A DNA stretch of 64,000 nucleotides. It comes from a virus (lineage: Duplodnaviria; Caudoviricetes). Shown one piece after another: positions 23,024 to 33,326 of this stretch. Below the pieces are notes generated by a model. That model had not been told where the DNA came from, did not search any database, and worked only from the letters and a program-made list of their open reading frames with translations. Position 1 is the first letter of the stretch; every line of letters starts with the position of its first letter. The stretch lies in the IMG/VR virus record IMGVR_UViG_3300027759_000044; one strand, given 5' to 3'. Position numbers and translations under genes: made by a program.

Positions 23024-23907
23024 TTTAAATAATCTCGGTGTATCTTAACAATATCTCCTATTCCACTAGACCAATTAGTAATATTAGTCCCGTAAGAATG
23101 CAAATGGTCAAATAGTAATTTCCAATAATATTGATTTTCAAAATTTAAAGTTTTTATGGGGGATAACAAATTTAATCGATCTTTAATATTTTGTAAAAAA
23201 TTAGTCTTAGGATCGTAACGATACTTTCCATTTGATATTAATTCAGTACTATTTAGTATATGATACCATAGATTAAAATCTGTACTAAAGAAATTACCCT
23301 CACCTTTTTTCTTATAATACTCAAGGCTAAGGTTATATGAAATCTCGCTTAAATGCATAGGTACATATAGATAATTAGGGTCATAATAGGTTATTTTTTC
23401 ATTAAAAAGTTTTGAATACTTTACATCATTGGTTTTTTCAATATCACCTTCACCTATTACAATATAATAATCGTCAGGTACATGTTTTATTAAATACGGA
23501 ACTGATGCATATGTTGGAAAACAAATTTTATGTATATTAAAATTATCAATACTTATGTTACTAAGTAGTTCATTGAATTTAATTGTAATCACATTTAGTT
23601 TAGTGTTGTATTTTTCAGCTATTTTTCTTACCAACAATAAATCTAATTCGTTTACATCTAATATATGAAGAAAATAATATTCTGTGGATATTTTTTGGTT
23701 ATAAAGAGACCTGGCAATAAGTTCACTATCTATCCCTGACAAAAATAAAGCAACAGTATTGCAGTTATTATTGATAATTGTATTTTTTAAATTGTTACAA
23801 GCTTGATCAATTGCATCAATAAAATCAATTGTGGTTATATCATCAATACCGTCTAACGAGTAACTAAATTCAAAAGAGACTGGATTAAAATTATAAATTC
23901 TTTTCAT
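23020..23907 (-). CDS. AsnB-like PP-loop enzyme
   Basis: ALFLSGIDSE variant PP-loop; IVIGEGD. Confidence 0.65.
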   Translation of the reverse strand: MKRIYNFNPVSFEFSYSLDGIDDITTIDFIDAIDQACNNLKNTIINNNCNTVALFLSGIDSELIARSLYNQKISTEYYFLHILDVNELDLLLVRKIAEKYNTKLNVITIKFNELLSNISIDNFNIHKICFPTYASVPYLIKHVPDDYYIVIGEGDIEKTNDVKYSKLFNEKITYYDPNYLYVPMHLSEISYNLSLEYYKKKGEGNFFSTDFNLWYHILNSTELISNGKYRYDPKTNFLQNIKDRLNLLSPIKTLNFENQYYWKLLFDHLHSYGTNITNWSSGIGDIVKIHRDYLK

Positions 23908-25006
23908 AATTTTTAATTATATTATCTGATTGATACACCGTATTGATATCTAAATTTTTATAAATTTTTAAATCACCACTTAATGAACCACTTCGTTGTC
24001 TTAAATATACAATATTTTTTAAACTTTGTCTTTTAGTTTTTTGCATATAAAAATCAGTTCCAATAAAATTACTTACTAACTTTTTAGCAGTAAATTTATA
24101 CGAATCCCAAGACCCGTAATTTTTAGGCTCATCTGAATACATTGACCACAATTGAAATTCATCTGAACTAAAGAAAGGAAAGTAGTCTTTTTCAATCCAG
24201 TCAGTATCAACCTCTGTAGCTATCCTACTAAACAGGAATACTCTATAATAAACATAAATCCATTTCCATGTAAAATTGTACCACCAAAATACATCCCACA
24301 TTGTATGATCTGTCCGGGGACACGATTCTAAATTTTTAATAAAAACACTTGTCCAAAAATGCGCCGCATTGGCATTAACTTTTTTACCTTCTGTTATAAA
24401 CTTAAATAACAAATTGTAATTTAATGGGCAAGATAGACTATTGCTGCCGGCAAACATTTCATAACTTTGTTGTATATCGGCGCCAAATAATTGATCATTT
24501 AGCTCACCGGATACATATATCATTTTAGTAATGTCTGTATCATTGTAACTGAAGTCACTGTTTACTACATTAAAGTGAGGACGTATAAAAGAATACCACA
24601 TCTCAGGATTTTCATCAATACTTTGCTTGTTCATAATTATATTAATTCTTTTTTTTGCTTTGTCCACACCTAAAAGTTTAATAAAAGAACACAATACTAC
24701 ACTAGAATCTATTCCACCACTGTACATTAGGTATATTGGTTTATCTATTTGAATCTGTCTATCTAATATTTGTTGAGTTTTTAATAAAGCACATTCTTCA
24801 TAACTATATGATTGATTATTACTAACAGGTATATTAAATCTGTCAGGCACATATGTATTAATAGGAAATTTAAATACCCGCGACCTATCGTTTAATCCAA
24901 TATTTTTATCACCAATAATTTTAAATAATTGTTTCCAGTATTCAGACTCTGAAAATTTATTAGCCTGATCAATAAATTGCCGACTTTGATATGCTATTAA
25001 TTCCAT
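23891..25006 (-). CDS. AsnB-like PP-loop enzyme
   Basis: LMYSGGIDSS, VSGELNDQLFG (AsnB SGEGADELFG-like), YFPF. Confidence 0.8.
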   Translation of the reverse strand: MELIAYQSRQFIDQANKFSESEYWKQLFKIIGDKNIGLNDRSRVFKFPINTYVPDRFNIPVSNNQSYSYEECALLKTQQILDRQIQIDKPIYLMYSGGIDSSVVLCSFIKLLGVDKAKKRINIIMNKQSIDENPEMWYSFIRPHFNVVNSDFSYNDTDITKMIYVSGELNDQLFGADIQQSYEMFAGSNSLSCPLNYNLLFKFITEGKKVNANAAHFWTSVFIKNLESCPRTDHTMWDVFWWYNFTWKWIYVYYRVFLFSRIATEVDTDWIEKDYFPFFSSDEFQLWSMYSDEPKNYGSWDSYKFTAKKLVSNFIGTDFYMQKTKRQSLKNIVYLRQRSGSLSGDLKIYKNLDINTVYQSDNIIKNYEKNL

Positions 25007-25596
25007 ATACGTAATCTTTCTGCAAATTCATGAATCATCATTTCCAATTTTTCTACATCGTTCTCTAATATTATTTGCTCAGTATAACAATCAACAACCG
25101 ATTGCACCTTAATTAATAAACCTTTGTAACTATTAATTTTAATCTCAATATCTTTTATTGCCTCATGTCTTGGTAATTTCCTATACTCCAAGTATTCTGT
25201 TAAATATTTTTCTTCATTACCAGCAAGCATAGATTCGAACAAATGCGGAATATACGGATTTATAAAATATGAACAATGCGATATTGGAGTAGCCACAAGA
25301 TTATACAAATGTTCTATTACTGATTTTTTTGTAAATGTTAATTCTTTTTTTTGAATGATTGCTGTATTTACTTCAATGTTATCTAATACAGTTATTATTC
25401 TGTTTTTATAAAGTATACACATATTTTTAATATTGTGGTCGGTAATTGTATCATAAAAGGTACTATGTATGCCTGCCTTAAAAATTGTCAATACTTCTAC
25501 ATCTATTATGGCGTTTTTGATCGCAGTGGCAACTTTGGAATCTTCAGTTTGTGATAGGATTAGGCTAGTCTTTATATCTACAATGATATGTTTCAT
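24997..25596 (-). CDS. Hypothetical helical protein
   Basis: 199 aa; TAAATA 5 nt before ATG. Confidence 0.7.
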   Translation of the reverse strand: MKHIIVDIKTSLILSQTEDSKVATAIKNAIIDVEVLTIFKAGIHSTFYDTITDHNIKNMCILYKNRIITVLDNIEVNTAIIQKKELTFTKKSVIEHLYNLVATPISHCSYFINPYIPHLFESMLAGNEEKYLTEYLEYRKLPRHEAIKDIEIKINSYKGLLIKVQSVVDCYTEQIILENDVEKLEMMIHEFAERLRIWN

Positions 25597-25641
25597 AAAT
25601 CTATTTATATTAAAAATTTTAAGGTAGATAAAAATATAAAA

Positions 25642-26229
25642 TTAAATTAAATTATTAAAACTTTTTTTAGATAGAGATTTGGCAATTTCACTGAAGGAAG
25701 GGAAACCGTCAAATTTTGTTTGTATTATTATTCTAGGTTTATCTCCAATACACTTAAAACTATGATAGGTATCTACATCTAACGCATACACGTCTCCAAT
25801 TTCATTATGTAATTCTTCTATAAATGGAACATTTTCATATGCATATATGTCGGTATTTCTACTCTTACCCAAATTGGTTGAGTATTTGAGGGTTGATATA
25901 CTATTAATATAATCTTCATCATACCAGCGTACCCAATCATCAAAATTACATGATATGGCAATATTTAATGCACTTTGGCATTTAAAGCCATCTTTATGAA
26001 TTCTATACCCATGGCCAGGATCTGAATAAAACGCTTTTTGTATACGCCCGATTTCTGAACATTGTATTTTCAATTCTGTATTAATAAACAATTTTAAAAA
26101 TTCATTGTTGAGATACTCATCAAAATGGATCCATTGGTACGGTATATTTGGTTGTTTTCTTTTTAATATTTCAATTAAAAAGAAGTCAATAGTCTCCTTA
26201 GGCAATTTACCCAATTTTAGATATTTCAT
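25642..26229 (-). CDS. Putative 2OG-Fe(II)/cupin-fold oxygenase
   Basis: RIHKDG...LNIAI...DTYHSF...PRIII. Confidence 0.6.
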   Translation of the reverse strand: MKYLKLGKLPKETIDFFLIEILKRKQPNIPYQWIHFDEYLNNEFLKLFINTELKIQCSEIGRIQKAFYSDPGHGYRIHKDGFKCQSALNIAISCNFDDWVRWYDEDYINSISTLKYSTNLGKSRNTDIYAYENVPFIEELHNEIGDVYALDVDTYHSFKCIGDKPRIIIQTKFDGFPSFSEIAKSLSKKSFNNLI

Positions 26230-27532
26230 TTTTTTCTATCATTTCTACTATTTTAGGAAATACAGATTTCCAATCTGTGTTTCTAGTGCCATCAAGATAG
26301 TTCATAAATTTTAAAAATTCTTTGATGCTATCAGGTTTATGAAATTCATCACCCGTATGATTTTTTAAATATGTTATAATCATATCTGCTTTTACAGAGT
26401 TGTGTTTATTCTCAATATAATACTTTATTAAATCTTGCTTTGATTGATCTGATAATGACGATACAGACAACCGTTCCGGGCCTTCTAAAAATCTTAGATG
26501 AAAGTCTACACCAATTGACTTGCACCATTCTTCACTTTCAATAATACTATAGCAAGTTGGAATTTGAAAGCATGTACTGACTGACATTAATTTTATTTTG
26601 TTGTTAGAATCAATTTGATATTGTTTTAATTTGTTAATATTAGTTTGAAACTTTTCCCACTTGCCACCAAATCGTATCAACTCATATTGATCTCCTATTG
26701 CATCCATACTAGCACGAATATGCACTTTCTTAAAATGACTCCAACGTTGTGCTATCTTATCATTAATAGCACTAGCATTTGTATCATATTCTAACCATAT
26801 ATTTTTAGCATACCCCGATTCAATTAATTTATCAAGCATAATATCGTGTGCAGGAGTGACCATTGGTTCCCCACCTGTAATATAGATATGCTTTAAATGC
26901 GGCATCATTTCTTCAAATTTGGGCCACCATCTAGGATCTTCAAACCATTGTAATTCCGGTGGCTCTATCCATTTATTTGTTGTTAAATTTTTGGTAACAG
27001 TTATCTTAGTTCCGTGCCCAAATGAGTTAGTATTAAAATAATCAAAATGTTCCTCGTACCATAAATTACTAAACACCGGACTACACATTACGCATTTTTG
27101 ATTACATAAATTACCAAACCGAATATCTAACGAATTGGGCATCCAATCTACATTGCCCTGCTCATCTATTTTATTTTTTGAATAATTAGATTCAGAAACA
27201 ACATCATTATTTTCAATATTCATCAAATAAAGTCTACGACTTTTATTTTTATGTTCCCTGTCATGATTTGTGATTATTTCTCTATTTTCACAACAATCGC
27301 AATGAGGGCTCCATTTATCAGGATTATTAGTATTAAATAATCTCACCTGACGATGTTTATCGCTATTCATAATATCGTTGATACTATGGGTTAGTATATG
27401 CATAATATTGCCATCTTTATCTCTGGCTCTCTGCATATCTAAACTTTTATCTGAATTTGTACCAATTGAACATAATCTGATATAACCATCAGGTAAAATA
27501 TGCATTCCGTTCCAAACTGTTTTACAAAACAT
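26207..27532 (-). CDS. Radical SAM protein with N-terminal SPASM/twitch-like domain
   Basis: GNLCNQKCVMC CX3CX2C motif, YITGGEP, N-terminal C...C...CxxC. Confidence 0.92.
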   Translation of the reverse strand: MFCKTVWNGMHILPDGYIRLCSIGTNSDKSLDMQRARDKDGNIMHILTHSINDIMNSDKHRQVRLFNTNNPDKWSPHCDCCENREIITNHDREHKNKSRRLYLMNIENNDVVSESNYSKNKIDEQGNVDWMPNSLDIRFGNLCNQKCVMCSPVFSNLWYEEHFDYFNTNSFGHGTKITVTKNLTTNKWIEPPELQWFEDPRWWPKFEEMMPHLKHIYITGGEPMVTPAHDIMLDKLIESGYAKNIWLEYDTNASAINDKIAQRWSHFKKVHIRASMDAIGDQYELIRFGGKWEKFQTNINKLKQYQIDSNNKIKLMSVSTCFQIPTCYSIIESEEWCKSIGVDFHLRFLEGPERLSVSSLSDQSKQDLIKYYIENKHNSVKADMIITYLKNHTGDEFHKPDSIKEFLKFMNYLDGTRNTDWKSVFPKIVEMIEKNEISKIG

Positions 27533-27543
27533 AAATTTCCCTA

Positions 27544-28119
27544 TTATTTATTTAAATCAAATACCATTAATATTAAGTCTTGAGAACTGTTATTATGGTA
27601 TTTGTGTATTTGCCTATGATCAAAATGATAAAGATAGCCTGGTCTAACCGGAAATATAGTATCATTTATTATTTGTATCATTTCATCATTACCTGTATAA
27701 TAAAATTGATAACGATTTATGGTATCCCAATACGGACCATCAGTATCACAATGTGAATATATTTGCTTTTTTGTACCTAGACAAGTTACATATGCTCTTG
27801 TTATAATCTTAGAATCTGTTGGATCTATGATTTTTTTTAATCTATCTAACAATAAAAATGTTTCTACAAATTTATCTTTATCTGATTTTATCAAACCTTT
27901 TGTGTCCCTGATAAGATGTGATGATATGCATTCTCTTAGTGGCCCGGTTTTAATATACACGGGATTATACGAATGTGCGGTAAATATATTTTTATTTTTT
28001 AATATTTCATTATAGCTATTTTCATATCCCTCAACTGTTTCTAACAAGGTTGTAATATTTGGTTTTAAATAATACCCCCTGTGAGTATTCCAAGTATCTT
28101 CAATATTTTGTTTATTCAT
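27544..28119 (-). CDS. Asp/Asn beta-hydroxylase-like 2OG oxygenase
   Basis: YSHCDT...YHFDHRQIHKYHN; start reassigned from TAAATA+5 nt. Confidence 0.7.
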   Translation of the reverse strand: MNKQNIEDTWNTHRGYYLKPNITTLLETVEGYENSYNEILKNKNIFTAHSYNPVYIKTGPLRECISSHLIRDTKGLIKSDKDKFVETFLLLDRLKKIIDPTDSKIITRAYVTCLGTKKQIYSHCDTDGPYWDTINRYQFYYTGNDEMIQIINDTIFPVRPGYLYHFDHRQIHKYHNNSSQDLILMVFDLNK

Positions 28120-28157
28120 ACTTGTATTTAACAATGATAAATATAATTTAATATAAT

Positions 28158-28760
28158 ATGTTAATCAAAACTTTATTTAAAATCCCAGATGCCGTTTTTA
28201 ATCCTGCCGCAGAAGAAATTGCGACTATTGATTGGATCAATTTTAATATTGATTCTGTTCGTGGTAATCGGCCGGAATTTAAAAATTGCCTTACTATACC
28301 AATTCGCGGGGTTCGCGGGGTCAATTTAAGAGAAAATTGTAATAGAAGTCATGCAGAAAATTTAACTATAACTGAATGTTATGATAAACCTAAATTTATT
28401 GTAATATATCCTTCAACCTTTACTTTAGCTGAATGGATAAGCAAAGAATTAGGTGGGCTTGTGTTAGGAAAAATAATGATAGTTAACTTGTTACCGCATG
28501 GTAAAATACCTATACATTGTGATTCAATGAGCCCCGGGGATTATTCTACTGTGTATTCACGATTTCATATACCATTTAAAACTAATGAGAAGGTTCTTTT
28601 TTACGGGGATGATAGTTATGATTTTCCTGAACATGTACCATACGGTATGCTAAGCCAATTGAATAATATGGCGCAACACCGGGTAGAAAATCACAGCGAA
28701 GAGGGACGAGTTCATGTTATAATAGATGTTGCATTACCCGGTGGTAATTACATATTTTAG
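28158..28760 (+). CDS. Asp/Asn beta-hydroxylase-like 2OG oxygenase
   Basis: LLPHGKIPIHCD...RFHIPFKTNE...NMAQHRVENHSEEGRVHVIID. Confidence 0.85.
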   Translation: MLIKTLFKIPDAVFNPAAEEIATIDWINFNIDSVRGNRPEFKNCLTIPIRGVRGVNLRENCNRSHAENLTITECYDKPKFIVIYPSTFTLAEWISKELGGLVLGKIMIVNLLPHGKIPIHCDSMSPGDYSTVYSRFHIPFKTNEKVLFYGDDSYDFPEHVPYGMLSQLNNMAQHRVENHSEEGRVHVIIDVALPGGNYIF

Positions 28761-29356
28761 ACTTTTAAATTATACGAAATTATAATTCTTTTGGTATCAG
28801 CTTTGATAAAATCTACCCAATGAGCATGATGAGTATTTAATATTACAACATCTCTGTCATTCATTTGATATTGATAAGAAGGAATATCTTTGGTTCTTTT
28901 CTTATCTTTTGATTCACTAACATTAGTTATTGCGTTTGATGAGTTTTTTAAACCTATATTAAGTGCATATTCTCTTAAATCCACATGTGGTGTTACTGAT
29001 CTTTGACATTCTATTAATCTTACAAATCTGGGTTCAAATGATGCGGTATTGATAAAATGTTCAACAAGTACAGAATTTATGTTTTCATGTTTAATAGTGT
29101 TTTTTAATATAGTTAAATTGTCGCAAATATTAATACATTCGTCAGTAAAGAATTTCCAAAAAGTATGACTTGTATTTACTCCGCTAGGGTATATTTGAAA
29201 GCAAGGATAAGTTATATTCTTGACTGGATAATGCTCACCATCCGGACCGACTGTTTCATCAACAATGTAATTGTTCATTTTACTTAAAACTGATTCAACA
29301 TCCCAATCGACTTTAAAATCTTTTCCTAAATGACAAAATAAATCATTTTTATTCAT
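28757..29356 (-). CDS. Putative 2OG-Fe(II) oxygenase
   Basis: VTPHVD...YALNIGL...LNTHHAHWV...KRIIIS. Confidence 0.6.
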   Translation of the reverse strand: MNKNDLFCHLGKDFKVDWDVESVLSKMNNYIVDETVGPDGEHYPVKNITYPCFQIYPSGVNTSHTFWKFFTDECINICDNLTILKNTIKHENINSVLVEHFINTASFEPRFVRLIECQRSVTPHVDLREYALNIGLKNSSNAITNVSESKDKKRTKDIPSYQYQMNDRDVVILNTHHAHWVDFIKADTKRIIISYNLKV

Positions 29357-30147
29357 AGCAAAACTTTAAAAATGTTACATGGGTCCCATTCCCACCGTTT
29401 ACCACTTACACCTTTACCAAAATCATATGACGCAGGTGCATGATGATGATTGTTGTGCCATCCTTGTCCCCATGCTAGATACCCTAATATAATATTATTT
29501 TGTGAATTATCTTTGGTTTCAAAATTTCTATATCCAAACCAACCTTTAACATGACCAAACACATTAACTAAATTATCTTGTGTAGATCCAATTAATGTTA
29601 CCAACCAAAATGCAGTTAATGCTAACTTCCAGTCAAACATTGCAACTAATGCAGGAACTGTCCATAGTATTTTAATACTATGTTTGTGGAAGAATACATG
29701 ATTTGGTTTTCTTAACAAGTCAACTGCATATTTTAAACCAATGGGGTTATCTTTCTCAGTAACTTTAAAGTACCATCCCACAAACGCAGTTTTCTTATCA
29801 TATGTAATTGGGCTATGCAAGTCTTTTACAGTGTCGCTATGTGGATGATGGTATCCTCTATGCATTGCCGCCCAAAATATACTTCCACCTTGACCTGCAA
29901 ATGTAGCAAAGAATAGAATAATATTCTCTTTCCATCTAGGTAAGTGATATGTTCTATGACTGAATACTCTATGATATCCTACAGCGATTCCCAAACCGCA
30001 AACTAATACCCACATAATGAATGTTGCAATAAGATAGTATGGAGGTATAACACCAACTACAAGTAGTCCAATTGTAAGTAGCCCAAATATCCATGCAGGA
30101 ACAAATTGAAACCAAAATGATTTGGATATTGTTTGTAGATAATTCAT
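29353..30147 (-). CDS. Membrane fatty-acid (delta-9 type) desaturase
   Basis: His boxes HRVFSH, HRGYHH, HNNHH; TM segments. Confidence 0.93.
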   Translation of the reverse strand: MNYLQTISKSFWFQFVPAWIFGLLTIGLLVVGVIPPYYLIATFIMWVLVCGLGIAVGYHRVFSHRTYHLPRWKENIILFFATFAGQGGSIFWAAMHRGYHHPHSDTVKDLHSPITYDKKTAFVGWYFKVTEKDNPIGLKYAVDLLRKPNHVFFHKHSIKILWTVPALVAMFDWKLALTAFWLVTLIGSTQDNLVNVFGHVKGWFGYRNFETKDNSQNNIILGYLAWGQGWHNNHHHAPASYDFGKGVSGKRWEWDPCNIFKVLL

Positions 30148-30734
30148 AAATTTCCTCCAATTGGTAATATATTCCTATATTCTTGTTTTAAATAATTACA
30201 TCTTACAATTGAATCTTCTGGTAATAGTAGTCTCTTATATAGCAATTCCCATGCATTTACATAAAAACATTTATTTTTTGATGGTACAATGAATTCATCA
30301 AAATATCCATAACGCTCATTGTTATATTTACTCCAATGGAATCTTCTTAAAAGTCTAGTATGTCTGCTATGAGTCAATGTATAAAACTTTAATCTTCCAT
30401 TACTTTCGTTGTATTTTATAACTTCATCTAATACTTCTTTTAATAAATTATTATCGCCGGAGCTTCTATATAAAGTATAAAACCAACTTGGTTCTTCTAC
30501 ACTTTCATAAAATGATATTAATGCTTTTACTATTCCATCTTTCACATAGCCAAACGCATGATAATTATTCAAATCACTCAAATAGTTAGCACAAAATATA
30601 TCATAAGTTAGTGCATTTAACCCGGTATTTTCTACTTGATATACCTTATCACTATCAATTCCCATATATTTTGAATGTTTAAAAATATCTCTAACAGCAA
30701 GTGCATGTTTACTTGTTAATTTAACAACCGACAT
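30144..30734 (-). CDS. GNAT-like acyltransferase (putative)
   Basis: HAFGYVKDGIVKALISFY...WFYTLYRS...LLKEVLDEVI pattern; start at MSVVKL. Confidence 0.45.
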   Translation of the reverse strand: MSVVKLTSKHALAVRDIFKHSKYMGIDSDKVYQVENTGLNALTYDIFCANYLSDLNNYHAFGYVKDGIVKALISFYESVEEPSWFYTLYRSSGDNNLLKEVLDEVIKYNESNGRLKFYTLTHSRHTRLLRRFHWSKYNNERYGYFDEFIVPSKNKCFYVNAWELLYKRLLLPEDSIVRCNYLKQEYRNILPIGGNL

Positions 30735-31650
30735 AGTTTTCCCCAAATAATTGTGCGTACAAATCATCTATAAAGATTCCGTCTAAACTAGATTCTAATC
30801 TTTTGGTATGACTTAAATATAATGAATTGTAGGTTTCTCCGTTAAAACCCATCAATTTTTCATAACCGTGTGTTTTTACTTTATCTAAGATATCAGGCAT
30901 TAATTCTTTAAGAATATCATTCTTAGAACTTACACTAGATGTTTTATAATTATATCGTTCCGTAATTAGCCATTGTATTTTAGGGTGCTCTAAGTAATAT
31001 CCCATCATTTCGGGAGTATAGCTAAACCATTCATTGACTAATGGAATACCATATTTTAAACTAAATCGCATTGCACTAGCATCTTCATTTTCTCTGAAAC
31101 AATAATACCATTTACTGCCATTTAGAAAAGTATGTCTACGTAACATCATTTCCCCGCCCATAATTGCCGGTAATTTCATTTGACGAATATGATGATAAAC
31201 CGTTAAATATGCCATTTGTCTACATTGTATATCTGCGGCAAATTCATATGCTTGACCACTATGATAAAAATCCTTTACATCAAATTCAACTGATTCCAAT
31301 TTCATACCTATATCATCCGTGATACGTTGTGCTATTTGATAGTCAGAAATGTTGTAATCATTTTTAAATTTAATAAAAACAACTCTAGGGTTTACTCCAA
31401 TATGCTTAAAGGCTCGCAATACTATTTCACTATCAGTGCCGCCGCTAAACATTACTACAAAATCATTGCCATATTCTTTGTGTATCAAGTCAGCAGTACG
31501 ATATTGTTCTTCTAACCAATTACTTGTTTTATAGTAATCCAGGTCTATTTTACCTACATTCACTTTAAATTTATCACAAGGTGTCTCACGATTACCAAAT
31601 AATATATCGCCAATTGAATACGTTAAGTGATTTTTATATGTGAAGTTCAT
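30721..31650 (-). CDS. AsnB-like PP-loop enzyme
   Basis: VMFSGGTDSE; AIMGGE. Confidence 0.78.
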   Translation of the reverse strand: MNFTYKNHLTYSIGDILFGNRETPCDKFKVNVGKIDLDYYKTSNWLEEQYRTADLIHKEYGNDFVVMFSGGTDSEIVLRAFKHIGVNPRVVFIKFKNDYNISDYQIAQRITDDIGMKLESVEFDVKDFYHSGQAYEFAADIQCRQMAYLTVYHHIRQMKLPAIMGGEMMLRRHTFLNGSKWYYCFRENEDASAMRFSLKYGIPLVNEWFSYTPEMMGYYLEHPKIQWLITERYNYKTSSVSSKNDILKELMPDILDKVKTHGYEKLMGFNGETYNSLYLSHTKRLESSLDGIFIDDLYAQLFGENYVGC

Positions 31651-31865
31651 TTCATAAGCGACATTAACTCAGCAACAGTGGATGCTTTTGCATCATCACT
31701 TACTTCATTAGCAGTAACTTCCTCATAATACACTTGTAACTCAACTACATCTAATGAGTCCAAACCTACTTCTAAAAGATTATCCGTCGGTGATAATTTA
31801 ATAGTTTTTTTAAAAAGCGTTAAAACTGCATCTTCAATAAATTTAATTTTTTCTTGGTCTGTCAT
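31647..31865 (-). CDS. Acyl carrier protein
   Basis: 72 aa, acidic, LLEVGLDSLDVVEL phosphopantetheine site, TVAEL. Confidence 0.9.
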   Translation of the reverse strand: MTDQEKIKFIEDAVLTLFKKTIKLSPTDNLLEVGLDSLDVVELQVYYEEVTANEVSDDAKASTVAELMSLMK

Positions 31866-32410
31866 TTTATGGTCCTATCTAATTCTGCTACATATTGTTC
31901 AGTGTAGTATATATTCTTTTTTCCTATGGGTTTGAATTTTCTATAAATATCGGGCCATTGATTAAACATTGCAGGTCTTTTGCCTTCATTTGCCCGTACA
32001 AACCATTGATATATTGCACTATTATGTGAGTCTGCTGTGATATACAAATGGTCGTACTGCACCGTATTTTCAATAATTTTTGGAAGAATAAATTCTCCCA
32101 TGCAGTATTTAGTTCGATATTTTGGATTAATATAGGCCCTAGTTAATGCGAGTGCTATTGTTTGATCTAAGTCATACTCATTGTATCCAGCACTACATAC
32201 ATACTCGCCTTCATCTTCTAGCACGTAGTAACATCCACGATTGTATCTTCCGTGTACATCATTCAATATATAAAAAATATTGGCAGGATCATTTTTGTAA
32301 TCAGGATGATAATTTTTGATAATATCATTATCTGTTATCTTAGAAAGAGAAACCTCTAACAAGTTCATTACAAACTTATTAGAGGAATCATGTAGCTCAT
32401 TCAATAACAT
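31862..32410 (-). CDS. GNAT-family N-acyltransferase
   Basis: YYVLEDEGEYVCSAGY...LTRAYINPKYR motif A. Confidence 0.7.
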   Translation of the reverse strand: MLLNELHDSSNKFVMNLLEVSLSKITDNDIIKNYHPDYKNDPANIFYILNDVHGRYNRGCYYVLEDEGEYVCSAGYNEYDLDQTIALALTRAYINPKYRTKYCMGEFILPKIIENTVQYDHLYITADSHNSAIYQWFVRANEGKRPAMFNQWPDIYRKFKPIGKKNIYYTEQYVAELDRTIK

Positions 32411-32538
32411 TAAATAGTTTCGTAATCAACTTTAAAGCCGCCGCATTCTGGGCAGGGAAAATCTTCTGGTAGATCATCCCATTTTCCTTCTGTTTCTTCA
32501 TCATGTACATGTCCGCAAATTACGCATATATGATCCAT
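32410..32538 (-). CDS. Rubredoxin (42 aa)
   Basis: Hand-translated MDHICVICGHVHDE...WDDLPEDFPCPECGG; two CXXCG motifs. Confidence 0.9.
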   Translation of the reverse strand: MDHICVICGHVHDEETEGKWDDLPEDFPCPECGGFKVDYETI

Positions 32539-33002
32539 CATTCTGCTCCCTTTGTTAGTTCATCTAATTTTTGTTGATATGCTTCTGCATGACGCTTCTC
32601 TACTTTAGCAAGTGCGGCAAAACGCTTTTCGGCTTTATTTAGTATTGTTTGGAATTCACTAGCATGACGCTGTGATTCTTCAATCTGATGTTGTGCTTCT
32701 TTTGCCGCAAGTAAATTACCTTCAAATTCTGCAATCTCACGGAACTCAGGGTACATAACCTGATACTCATAAGTCTCACCTTCAATTGCCATCTCTAAAC
32801 ATTGTTTAGTATCTGGCTTCTTAATAAGCAATTCTAAATGACCCCAGGCATGTAATAGCTCTTGGTCTGCTGTATGCTCAAAATGTTTTGCAATATCCTC
32901 ATATCCTTCAGCACGTGCTATTTTTGCAAAATATTTATATTTTACATGTGCTTGGCTTTCGCCGGCTAGTGCCCCTTGTAGGCTAGTTATAGTTTCTGAC
33001 AT
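32538..33002 (-). CDS. Rubrerythrin-family ferritin-like protein
   Basis: GESQAHVKY...EGY...QELLHA...EGETYE...MYPEF...EESQRH diiron motifs. Confidence 0.9.
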   Translation of the reverse strand: MSETITSLQGALAGESQAHVKYKYFAKIARAEGYEDIAKHFEHTADQELLHAWGHLELLIKKPDTKQCLEMAIEGETYEYQVMYPEFREIAEFEGNLLAAKEAQHQIEESQRHASEFQTILNKAEKRFAALAKVEKRHAEAYQQKLDELTKGAE

Positions 33003-33023
33003 AGTTTCTCCTTTGTGTGTAAA

Positions 33024-33326
33024 TCATTCATCAGTGGATTTTAATCCATTACTGTGTTTATCTGTTGTTTTTTCAATATCCTGAAATAAACGTTTCTCTT
33101 GTGCTGTTAGTTTATCTTTATGTGACCTACGTGGGTTGCCACATATATAACATTCTTTATTACCACAATCCATTACATGATGTTTTGTTAACCTGTGTGG
33201 TTCTTTTACTACTTTATCTTTAGTAGTTAACCCGTGTGCTTTTGCTATCTTAACTTGTTTCTTAACTGCTGTTTCGTCCCGATATCGGCGTTGTGAGTTT
33301 AAAAATTTTGCTAATTCATTGGCCAT
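33024..33326 (-). CDS. Conserved phage hypothetical protein with CxxxxCxxC motif
   Basis: MDCGNKECYICGNPR. Confidence 0.7.
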   Translation of the reverse strand: MANELAKFLNSQRRYRDETAVKKQVKIAKAHGLTTKDKVVKEPHRLTKHHVMDCGNKECYICGNPRRSHKDKLTAQEKRLFQDIEKTTDKHSNGLKSTDE

